A DNA stretch of 45,186 bases from Oculatellaceae cyanobacterium bins.114 (GTDB lineage: Bacteria > Cyanobacteriota > Cyanobacteriia > Elainellales > Elainellaceae), in contig JANRJA010000105.1 of assembly GCA_033764315.1 (NCBI GenBank), positions 1 through 45,186 of the forward strand, given 5' to 3'. Positions 26,760-35,610 of the stretch are shown here, one piece after another. Position 1 is the stretch's first letter. Every line of letters starts with the position of its first letter. Position numbers and translations under genes: made by a program. The notes below the pieces were generated by a model. It was not told the DNA's origin, made no database searches, and saw only the letters and a program-made list of their open reading frames with translations.

Positions 26760-27053
26760 GTATTTATTAGATTAGGAGCAATGGGACAAGACAGTTTTGA
26801 TTTAGGCGATGATCCAGCCGCAGGGCATATTGTCAAAATTGCTGCCAATATATTGGTTATTAACACCGTCGAAATTTTGATGGAGGTATTCACGTTCACC
26901 GGAAAAAATGGACTTGATCCAAAAACATTTGCTGATGCAATTACAAAATCACTGTTTGCGACTCCAGTCTACAAGATCTAAAGCAATTTGCTAACCAGCG
27001 ATCAACTCTCTAATCCCAATTTTAAACTGTCACTCGCACTCAAAGACAAATAA
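26760..27053 (+). pseudogene. C-terminal fragment of a 3-hydroxyisobutyrate/6-phosphogluconate dehydrogenase-like oxidoreductase
   Basis: AMGQDSFDLGDDPAAGHIVKIAAN...KNGLDP...SLFATPVYKI*SNLL...FKLSLALKD; internal stop and no Rossmann domain. Confidence 0.7.
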
Positions 27054-27056
27054 ATC

Positions 27057-27416
27057 ATGATACCAACACAACAAGATTTACTGACGCAAGCTTATGCTGC
27101 TTTTAACGATCGTGATATCGATGCGGTGCTTGCAGTAATGCACCCCAAAGTCGAGTGGGCAAACGGCATGGAAGGCGGTCATGTTTACGGACATGAAGCT
27201 GTCCGAGAGTATTGGACTCGTCAATGGCAATTAATTAATCCACGGGTTGAACCACAGGCATTTCATCTGGATGAGAACCAGCGAATGGTAATTGATGTTC
27301 ATCAAGTGGTACACGATTTAGACGGGAATCTGATTGTTGATCAGATCGTTCAACATCTCTACACCTTCGAAGATGGATTAATCCGTCGCATGGATATTCA
27401 ACAGCCAACCCTCTAA
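27057..27416 (+). CDS. SnoaL-like / NTF2 family protein
   Basis: AYAAFNDRDIDAVLA...WANGMEGGHVYGHEAVREYWTRQW...IRRMDI. Confidence 0.88.
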   Translation: MIPTQQDLLTQAYAAFNDRDIDAVLAVMHPKVEWANGMEGGHVYGHEAVREYWTRQWQLINPRVEPQAFHLDENQRMVIDVHQVVHDLDGNLIVDQIVQHLYTFEDGLIRRMDIQQPTL

Positions 27417-27482
27417 AAGTGTTCTTGACTTTGAGCAATCCTCATTCACGATTCACCTTCACCACCCTGAATCAATAGCATC

Positions 27483-27713
27483 TGTACAGTGACTTTTTAT
27501 CTGTCATGAAGACACATTAGTGTTGTAAAGAGACATTAGTGTCGTTCAAGACGCAAAGCTAAGCTGGCTTATTTTTCTGCCTTAAGCCAGCTTGGCAACT
27601 CTAATGACCTAATGTTATGTTGCTGAACAAACTCTCTTTGCGAGCCTTTGATAGAGAGGACTTTGCTCAGCGACATGAATTTGTTCCAATGTTATTTAAT
27701 TTGGCACTGTACA
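27483..27713. mobile_element. 231-bp gene-less mini-transposon with Tn7-like (TnsB-type; V-K CAST-like) ends
   Basis: TGTACAGTGAC at 27483 and GGCACTGTACA ending at 27713. Internal GAC(A)-N-TGTC/TGTT repeats resemble TnsB sites (GACACATTAGTGTTG, GAGACATTAGTGTCG, GCGACATGAATTTGTT). Confidence 0.75.
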
Positions 27714-27891
27714 GATCTCCCACAAAACTTGACATATTTTCTGGTACCGCCTGGTAGGAGACGATGAAGCAGGGCAGATGTCTGCCTTAGGATAGGGCTA
27801 AAGCGAGTAGTTGTTAGAGAAAATCAGTAGCTGGTGTGAGTCATGAGCGCGATCGCCCATGCTAGATTGCTGACATTGAGTACAGACGAAT

Positions 27892-29106
27892 ATGAATATG
27901 CGTTTGATTCCTCATTCTGCGTGGGTGGTGATTGTCCTTACCTGCGGTTATTTAGCGAGTTGTACAGGTTCACCGAACAATTCAGCTTCTACAACTTCTG
28001 ATCCATCCTCAACCAGTGAGGTGGTTTCGCCGACCCCAGAGACTTCTCCATCAGTTGTATCAGGAGAAGTATTTTATCAACAACTGTTAGGTCAGTATGG
28101 CGAGGATTGTACTGAATGTCTTCAACCGATTAAAGTTCAGCTCCAGGATAGCAGTTTCTCTGACACGGGCAATCCGCCTGTCGCTCAACCGGTCAACGTC
28201 CTGATCGCACTGGATTCTTCCGGTTCAATGGCTGAACGTGTCACTGGTGGGGAGAAAATGATGGTTGCTAAGGCAGCAGTCACTCAGTTCGTCCAAAAGC
28301 TGCCCAACACTGCCAATGTGGGGCTACTGGTTTATGGTCACAAAGGCTCGAATCAGAAGGCAGACCGAGCCATATCCTGTGCGGGGATTGATACGATTTA
28401 TCCAATTTCGCCCCTCAATCAAGCAGAGTTTACGGCGGCTGTCAACTCTGTGCAGCCGACAGGTTACACGCCAATTGCGGCAGCATTGCAAAAGTCCGAG
28501 GAAACAATCAAGGCAAGTACCAGAGAAGCTGCCCAGAATGTTATTTTTGTGGTTTCTGACGGGATTGAGACTTGTAATGGTGATCCGGTTGCGATCGCCC
28601 GACGATTACACAGTTCGCCCACCCAAGTCATCATTAATGTCATTGGTTTTGATGTCAATAACGAAGCCCAACAGCAGTTACAAGCGGTTGCCAATGCGGG
28701 GGGTGGCAAGTACTTCTCAGCTCGTAGTGCAGCCGAGTTAAACCAGATTTTTGACCGCAGCAAAACCTTAGCTGAACTGAATCGCTATCGGGCGACGAAT
28801 TTGCGAAATCGTAATCATGTAGCAGCCGTGTTGACGCAAGCCTCAAACCAATTAAATGCTTGTATCTTACAAAAGCAGAATCGGGAGCGAGCCAATATCC
28901 TGATGGTACTTAACCGTATGCCTCTCAACGACCCGAATGCTCAATATCGCGGCTATGTGCAGGAACGATTAAGCGATCGCCACCAAAAAATTACAGCATG
29001 GCGCGAACAGCTCAGTCAAGATATTATTAACAACCGAGATATCAAGATTGAGCAATTGGAACAGGATTTGCAGCACGTAACGAGTACAGTGGAGGGCGAT
29101 CTGTGA
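27892..29106 (+). CDS. vWA-domain lipoprotein
   Basis: Signal peptide with LASC lipobox, Ser/Thr/Pro linker, MIDAS DSSGS, GYTPIA and VSDGIETC motifs. Confidence 0.88.
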   Translation: MNMRLIPHSAWVVIVLTCGYLASCTGSPNNSASTTSDPSSTSEVVSPTPETSPSVVSGEVFYQQLLGQYGEDCTECLQPIKVQLQDSSFSDTGNPPVAQPVNVLIALDSSGSMAERVTGGEKMMVAKAAVTQFVQKLPNTANVGLLVYGHKGSNQKADRAISCAGIDTIYPISPLNQAEFTAAVNSVQPTGYTPIAAALQKSEETIKASTREAAQNVIFVVSDGIETCNGDPVAIARRLHSSPTQVIINVIGFDVNNEAQQQLQAVANAGGGKYFSARSAAELNQIFDRSKTLAELNRYRATNLRNRNHVAAVLTQASNQLNACILQKQNRERANILMVLNRMPLNDPNAQYRGYVQERLSDRHQKITAWREQLSQDIINNRDIKIEQLEQDLQHVTSTVEGDL

Positions 29107-29517
29107 AGTAAAGAATTAACCGTAACAATCAAAGTTTAACTCCTCTAGAATAATTGAAGTAACGTAGCTATTGCTAAAAAAATGTCATGTAACTGTCAAA
29201 GTTTCATGATTAAAAGTAGATCATAAAAACCTTAAATATATTGTTCTGCTGTAATTAATATGGAAAAGATAACATATCTCTAACTTTTGGGTGAGTTAGT
29301 GATTTGAGAAATCGCCAACAATAACCAAGTGTACATCCTGGTTCTAAGCTCGCTCCAATCACCTAAGCAAAACATAGATAACGCTTCAGCCCCATGCACA
29401 TTTACTCCATCACAGTGATGCAGCATTGATTCCTTAAGCATAGTTAGAATTCCTATAAACTCAGACGGTGGTCAGCCTTTGGAGTCTAGGAAAAGCGATT
29501 CATGGAAGGATTAGGCA

Positions 29518-31128
29518 ATGGAGTGGATTGTTGCACAACAAAATCTATTAGATAGCAGTTCTATTGACAGCACTCAAGCAGCAGGTATACCTGAACTGGT
29601 CATTATTCTGATTATTCTGCTCCTGATCGCGACGGTAGTTGCCCTTGTGACTCAGCGATTGCGAATTCCCTATGTCGCAGGGTTGGTGTTGGCAGGGTTG
29701 CCCGTTACAGAGATTTTCTCACGGCGGGTTGGGTTAGATCCTTCGCTCGTCCTTAATCTTTTCCTGCCGATTCTGATTTTTGAAGCGGCAATCAACACCG
29801 ACATTAGCCGTCTCCGCAGCACCTTCAAACCGATCACCCTGTTAGCAGGTCCAGGGTCAATCTTCTCATCCGCCATTATTGCAGCGATCGTGAAGTATGG
29901 TTTGGGGCTGGAGTGGATTCCTGCCCTGCTGATTGGCGTCATTTTGGCAAACACTGATACCGTTTCAATGATTGCCGTTTTCAAGGAAATCCGTGTCCCT
30001 TCCAGGTTATCTACCATCGTTGAGGGAGAAACTCTGTTTAATGATGCGGCTGCCCTGGTTTCCTTCAACTTGATTTTGGTGATTTATACAACTGGTTCAC
30101 TGACGGCTGTAGAAGGCATCCAGGAACTGCTCGTTGTTGCTGGGGGTGGGGCGCTTGTGGGAGCAATCCTCGGCTATTTGAGCTTGCCCATCTTTACTCG
30201 CTTGAATGACTCTTTGAGTAGCTTGCTGCTAACTGGAGCCTTAGCTTTAGGAACATTCCAAATTGGACAATTTCTAGGTGTGTCGGGGGCAGTCGCTGTC
30301 GTCATTGCTGGATTGATCTTTGGCAATTTGGGATTGCCCCACAGTTCTTCTGCCTCCGATCGCATGTCTTTACTAAGTTTCTGGGAATATGCGGGCTTTG
30401 GAGTTAATACATTTATCTTTTTGCTGATCGGCATTGAGATTAACCCCATTACGCTCTGGAGAATTTTGCCTGCCATCCTGCTGGTGATCCTGGCGTACCA
30501 ACTGGGTCGAATTCTCTCGGTTTATTTGTTACTGGCAGGGTTGCGCTGGTTTGATCGCCCAATTCCTTTGCGCTGGCAGCATGTTCTATTCCTGGGTAAT
30601 ATCAAAGGCTCTCTGTCGATGGCACTGGCACTGAGCATTCCCCTGACGTTGCCGGGGCGAGAAAGCGTGATTGAACTCGTGTTTGGTGCAGTCCTATTTT
30701 CTCTCGTTGGACAGGGGTTAAGCTTACCGTGGTTGGTCAAACGGCTGAACATTAGCCCTGTTTCAGACGCGATGGAGCAAGTGGGAAAGCTCCAGATTCA
30801 GTTGATCGCCGCAAAAGCAGCCCAGGATGAGCTAGATAGTTTGCTGAAATCAGGGGTGCTGTCCAAAGCCGTCTACGAAGAACTTTGGGCCTCCTATCAG
30901 GCTCGGGTTGCCCAGTCTGAGCGAGTGCTGCGGGATCTTTATAACAAATATCGGGCGGGTCAGTTGAACAGCGATCGCAGCGGACTTGATACCATTCGAC
31001 GACAACTACTGTTGGCAGAGAAGGGAGCCATCCGGGATGCTCTCCGTAAACGAATTGTTCCAGAGGATTTAGTGCAACCCTACATCAAAGATTTGGATGA
31101 GAAACTTCTCTCGTTGGAAGATGACTAG
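29518..31128 (+). CDS. Na+/H+ antiporter, CPA1/NhaP type
   Basis: FLPILIFEAA, ANTDTVS, IVEGETLFNDAAA and FWEYAGF motifs; many TM segments. Confidence 0.92.
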   Translation: MEWIVAQQNLLDSSSIDSTQAAGIPELVIILIILLLIATVVALVTQRLRIPYVAGLVLAGLPVTEIFSRRVGLDPSLVLNLFLPILIFEAAINTDISRLRSTFKPITLLAGPGSIFSSAIIAAIVKYGLGLEWIPALLIGVILANTDTVSMIAVFKEIRVPSRLSTIVEGETLFNDAAALVSFNLILVIYTTGSLTAVEGIQELLVVAGGGALVGAILGYLSLPIFTRLNDSLSSLLLTGALALGTFQIGQFLGVSGAVAVVIAGLIFGNLGLPHSSSASDRMSLLSFWEYAGFGVNTFIFLLIGIEINPITLWRILPAILLVILAYQLGRILSVYLLLAGLRWFDRPIPLRWQHVLFLGNIKGSLSMALALSIPLTLPGRESVIELVFGAVLFSLVGQGLSLPWLVKRLNISPVSDAMEQVGKLQIQLIAAKAAQDELDSLLKSGVLSKAVYEELWASYQARVAQSERVLRDLYNKYRAGQLNSDRSGLDTIRRQLLLAEKGAIRDALRKRIVPEDLVQPYIKDLDEKLLSLEDD

Positions 31129-31801
31129 CCTGAATCCCCAGAAAATCAATCATGGGATGAACGGACTCAGGACGAGTCACGACCAGAATCGTTGAACCTG
31201 TTTCCAATACCGTATTGCCATTGGGGATTTCCAAATTGGCACAGGCGTGGCATTGATAGCCAATGATCAATGAACCTGTGGGGAAACGAGGATCTTGAGC
31301 GATTTGGGCAACACTTCGTCCCGCCACATAACACCCACTGGGAATAGGTAGTTTTAATACCTCTACCTGGCCTTGCTCAAAGTGCATCATTGATTCTACT
31401 TCAGGGTATTCGATCGCATTTGCCATCGTTGCCACCGCCAAATCTACGGTGCTGATGATGTGGCTGGCTTGAGCCAGACGATAGGCTTCCAAAAACTCGC
31501 GATCGCGCATCCGCACCACGATATGAGAGATCCCGTAGCTTCTTGATAATGTAATCAACGCTAAATTAAGCGCATCATCCCTCAAAGCTGCCACTACTGC
31601 ATTTGCCTGTCGAATCCCGGCTTCTAAGAGAACGGTCGTACTCACAGCACTTCCTTCAAATGCCATCACGCCAATTTTCTCCCGCGCAAAGCGACAGGCA
31701 AGGGGATCGATATCAATAATTGCAACCGTATGTCCCTGATTAAGTAGTTGCTGGGCTAGACCCAACCCCATCATCCCGGCACCGCCAATAATCACGTACA
31801 T
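31085..31801 (-). CDS. TrkA/KtrA-family RCK protein
   Basis: IIGGAGMMG Rossmann motif, LLEAGI..A, C-terminal TrkA-C domain. Confidence 0.9.
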   Translation of the reverse strand: MYVIIGGAGMMGLGLAQQLLNQGHTVAIIDIDPLACRFAREKIGVMAFEGSAVSTTVLLEAGIRQANAVVAALRDDALNLALITLSRSYGISHIVVRMRDREFLEAYRLAQASHIISTVDLAVATMANAIEYPEVESMMHFEQGQVEVLKLPIPSGCYVAGRSVAQIAQDPRFPTGSLIIGYQCHACANLEIPNGNTVLETGSTILVVTRPESVHPMIDFLGIQASHLPTREVSHPNL

Positions 31802-31872
31802 CGCTAATTGTCACTCTCAAAAATGAACCTATACAGGTTTAGATTTAACATGAGTAATCTGCCAAAAATTGC

Positions 31873-33153
31873 TTACGGGGGAGGTTTCAGGGGAAGTTCA
31901 ACTTGAAATGTTGACCCTTGCCCGACAACGCTCGTGGCATAAAGATGCCCGCTGTGAGCCTGAACAATTTGCTGTGCGATCGCTAATCCCAGTCCAAAGC
32001 CACCGCTATCGAGCGATCGCGCCGTATCCACCCGGTAAAAGCGATCGAAGATATAGGGTAAGTCCGCTTCTGGAATACCGATGCCGGTATCGATGACCTG
32101 GATCGCTGCCCATCCCGCATGGGGAAGGAGTCGCAAGCGGACTGTTCCACCTTTCAAGGTGTATTTACAGGCATTACTGAGCAAGTTTTCTACCACCTGT
32201 CGCAGCAAATCGGGATCAGCCCAAACGTTCATGTCCTGCTCTGGCTGCTCGTAGATGAAGTGAATCGCTTGCGCGTCTGCGAGTGCTAGGAACGGCGGCA
32301 TTAACCCTTCTAAAAACTGATTGAGATTGAGTAATTTGAGAGATTCAGAGGCAAGCCTTCCCTGCTGACGCGCCAGCAACAACAGATTATTCACGAGCGA
32401 TCCCATTGATTTGGCACTGTCTACGATATTTTCTAACGATTGCTTGAGAGGGGCACTGTCCGTTGCCAGCATCAATCCCACCTGAGCATTGGTCAAGATG
32501 GCAGAGAGGGGCGATCGCAACTCGTGAGAAGCATCGGCGGTAAAGCGTTGCAGTTGTTGATAAGACTGTCGAATGGGCTGCATGGCAATGCCACTGAGCA
32601 GCCAACCCGTCAAGCCGATGAGTCCGAGGGCGATCGGCACTGCCAGGGTTAACGCAAGCTGAAGCTGTTGCAAACTACTGTGGGTTTCTGTCAGGGGGGT
32701 TGCGACCTGAAGGTAACCCAGCGTTCCGGTTCGCCCCTCAACGGGTAGCGTAATCTGACGCAACCAGTGATGGTGCTGCAATAAGGGATCAGTCGGTTGA
32801 ATGGTTTGATAACCCGGAGGCGTATTGAGTTGATTGGCAGGAGCAACTCCAAAAAAACGTACCAGGCGACCTTGAGCGTTGTACCAGCGGACATAGATTA
32901 AATCTTCAGCCAGTGGGTGAGAACCAGTTCCTAACAGGGGAACATTCGTGAGATCTACCTCAGTTTGATTCTGACGCATATCGTAATGAACGCTCGCCGC
33001 CATAATTCGGGTTTTGTCGAGCAGCAAGCGATCGAGCGATTCTCGTTTGTCTTGCACCTCAATCTGGTAAATGACTCCTGCAAACAGCACAAGAATGCTA
33101 CCCATTGAGAGGGTAAACCAGCGGGCTAGATTGCGACGACTCTGATTAAACAC
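31873..33153 (-). CDS. Membrane sensor histidine kinase (RppB-like)
   Basis: Two TM segments, FTADASHELRSP, NLLSNACKYT, DTGIGI and GFGLGLAI motifs. Confidence 0.93.
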   Translation of the reverse strand: MFNQSRRNLARWFTLSMGSILVLFAGVIYQIEVQDKRESLDRLLLDKTRIMAASVHYDMRQNQTEVDLTNVPLLGTGSHPLAEDLIYVRWYNAQGRLVRFFGVAPANQLNTPPGYQTIQPTDPLLQHHHWLRQITLPVEGRTGTLGYLQVATPLTETHSSLQQLQLALTLAVPIALGLIGLTGWLLSGIAMQPIRQSYQQLQRFTADASHELRSPLSAILTNAQVGLMLATDSAPLKQSLENIVDSAKSMGSLVNNLLLLARQQGRLASESLKLLNLNQFLEGLMPPFLALADAQAIHFIYEQPEQDMNVWADPDLLRQVVENLLSNACKYTLKGGTVRLRLLPHAGWAAIQVIDTGIGIPEADLPYIFDRFYRVDTARSLDSGGFGLGLAIAQQIVQAHSGHLYATSVVGQGSTFQVELPLKPPP

Positions 33154-33262
33154 ATTCTGCGGTGAATAGGGCGATCGTAAGGACAGGTTTAGCCAACAAC
33201 CGATGTCAATAAATCAAAGAATCTCGACAAACCCTGCCCCTACAGGTATCTTGTGATTCCGG

Positions 33263-33946
33263 TCAGGATGAATGCTCAGGCGGAGACAGCCGGTACCCCA
33301 TGCCATAAATACTCTCAACCCAATCACTGGCTTCTACAGCCTGCAAGCGTTGACGGAGTTTACGCACTAAAACGGTCATGGCATTACTGTCTGGCTCTGT
33401 GCCCCATTCCCAGACGGCTTGCTCAATTTGGTCACGAGTCAACACCTGTCGAGGATGACGCATAAAGTGTTCTAGCAACTGAAACTCACGACTGGAAAGG
33501 GTAACAGATTTACCCTGTCTTTCTACAGTTAGTGAATCAAGATGAAGGTGCAGATCTTCTAAATTCAGCGTATCGCCAACCCAGAGGGGCGATCGCCGCC
33601 TCAACGCCCGCACACGCGCCATAAACTCAATTAGGTCAATGGGTTTCACCAAGTAATCATCGGCTCCCGCATCTAATCCCGTCACTTTTTCAGGCGTGGT
33701 ATCTCTTGCAGTAATCATTAAAATGGGAGCCGTTTTGCCGAGCGCGCGATACTGTTGGCAAAGATTCACGCCACTGACATGGGGCAACATCCAGTCTAGA
33801 ATCAAAAGATCGTAGTCTTTCTCAGCTACAAGCCACTGAGCTGTTTTGCCGTCTTTAACCCCATCGACGCTGTGTCCGGCTTGAGACAACGCGATTTGGA
33901 GTGGCAGTAGTTGTTTCGGGTCGTCTTCGACTAGCAATACCTTCAT
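33263..33946 (-). CDS. OmpR-family response regulator (RppA-like)
   Basis: MKVLLVEDD, LDWMLP, GLDAGADDYLVKP, winged helix ending YGMGY; likely start 33946. Confidence 0.93.
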   Translation of the reverse strand: MKVLLVEDDPKQLLPLQIALSQAGHSVDGVKDGKTAQWLVAEKDYDLLILDWMLPHVSGVNLCQQYRALGKTAPILMITARDTTPEKVTGLDAGADDYLVKPIDLIEFMARVRALRRRSPLWVGDTLNLEDLHLHLDSLTVERQGKSVTLSSREFQLLEHFMRHPRQVLTRDQIEQAVWEWGTEPDSNAMTVLVRKLRQRLQAVEASDWVESIYGMGYRLSPPEHSS

Positions 33947-34067
33947 TTTCCCGCTGAGCCTTGCAATGGCTTGCAGTTCTAGCATTGAATTTGATAGGAG
34001 ATTATACATCTCCTAAAAGCTAGATTTTCAGTCGTAAGCGGTTGTATTACAGTCAAAGAGAAGGTTA

Positions 34068-34469
34068 TTGAATCAGGAACAGCGATCGCAGATGATTAAA
34101 CGCTGGTTACAGGCATCCGGGGCAGAGTTTTGGTTGCCACTACCATTGGTGGCGATCGTGTTTTGGCTTGGTACTAGCCTGTTAACGGCTCAAGAATTGC
34201 AGCAACCTCAGCCAACGGCAACGAAGCTTCAGGCAGACACTCAGCTTCAGGCGGTTGTATCGGTGAATATCTTGCTGATCAATGCTGTGATTGACCGCAA
34301 TCAGAACACAACGCAGGTGAAGGTCGAAACCGCTGAGTCGATTGTGAAACGGATGGAATTAGAACTGGATACAACCGATCCAGGACAGATTGAAACGGCG
34401 ATCGCCAAAGAACTGCAATTATCGCGGCAGGAAGTACGGCAACTCGTTCGCTATGAAATTATTGAATAA
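34068..34469 (+). CDS. Hypothetical membrane-anchored protein
   Basis: EFWLPLPLVAIVFW TM segment followed by a soluble domain; divergent from the response regulator. Confidence 0.7.
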   Translation: MNQEQRSQMIKRWLQASGAEFWLPLPLVAIVFWLGTSLLTAQELQQPQPTATKLQADTQLQAVVSVNILLINAVIDRNQNTTQVKVETAESIVKRMELELDTTDPGQIETAIAKELQLSRQEVRQLVRYEIIE

Positions 34470-34612
34470 TCCGGTTACGCCACTGTGTCTTTCAGTGCGG
34501 GCGAGGCTGGAAGTCATCTGTGGGGTAGTTAGAGTTAAATGCTGTAACGTTGATTTCCTCAGCCTCAAAACACATCGCCTACAATACCTCTACTGCGAAG
34601 TGAGGGAGTTGA

Positions 34613-35401
34613 ATGCGAAATTTTTGGGCATTTAGCTGGGGTGCTTTGGTTGGGGTGCTTGGTGGGCTGATAGGCTTGGGTGGTGCGGAGTTCCGTCTAC
34701 CTGTTCTAGTCAGTATCTTTAACTACCGAACCCTGCAAGCTATTACTATCAATCTCATCGTTAGCCTGGTGACAGTGACGTTTTCATTCATGTTCCGAAG
34801 CGGTATTGTCGGACTTGAGAATATTGCTGCAAACTGGGTCGTGGTCATGAATATTTTGGCAGGTTCTCTCATCGGTTCTTACGTAGGAGTCCACTGTGCA
34901 ACCCAAATTAATGAGCGAACCCTCAATCGAGTCGTGATCGTTTTTCTAATGTGCCTGAGTGTTGTGTTAATAGGACACAACTTTATCTTTAGTATTGCAA
35001 GCGTTCAACTACCCGGTCTTTTAAAGATTGGCTTAGGATTTCTGGCAGGAATCGTGATTGGTATATTCAGCAGTATGTTAGGGGTGGCAGGTGGAGAGCT
35101 AATTATTCCGACAATCATCTTATTGTTCTCAGTTGATATTAAATTGGCAGGAAGTTTGAGCCTTGCGATCAGTATTCCGACGATCATTATGGGTTTATAC
35201 AAGTACAGCCGTCAGAAAAAACTTAAGGAAGTTAAATCAGAGAAACGATTGATACTTTCAATGGCACTGGGTTCAATTCTGGGGGCATTTGGTGGAAGCT
35301 GCCTTTTAAGGTACGTATCAAGTTCTCTGCTGTATTTGATCTTGGGTACAATCTTATTTTTGTCAGCATTAAAGTTAGCTAAGCACAAGCCAACCGGATA
35401 A
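34613..35401 (+). CDS. Sulfite exporter TauE/SafE family protein
   Basis: GGLIGLGGAEFRLPVL and SSMLGVAGGELIIP repeats. Confidence 0.88.
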   Translation: MRNFWAFSWGALVGVLGGLIGLGGAEFRLPVLVSIFNYRTLQAITINLIVSLVTVTFSFMFRSGIVGLENIAANWVVVMNILAGSLIGSYVGVHCATQINERTLNRVVIVFLMCLSVVLIGHNFIFSIASVQLPGLLKIGLGFLAGIVIGIFSSMLGVAGGELIIPTIILLFSVDIKLAGSLSLAISIPTIIMGLYKYSRQKKLKEVKSEKRLILSMALGSILGAFGGSCLLRYVSSSLLYLILGTILFLSALKLAKHKPTG

Positions 35402-35610
35402 AAAAGTGCTTTGATCGCGATAACCTAGCTCCCGTGAAATATTGCTGGCATCTTACTTTGAAAAACACATGCTTTGAGAAACAAATGTGATCGAAAAGTG
35501 AGTCGCTAAAATCCGGTGATCATATTCTGTTCACTTTTCTCATCGACGCTAGAGGTAATGGGAAGCAGTCTTGGGGCTGTGTGATTACCGAGTTCGAGTG
35601 AGAAAGCGCA

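Noticed and set aside
27478..27718. 5-bp target-site duplication for the mini-transposon
   Set aside because: Flanks GCATC and GATCT do not match exactly.
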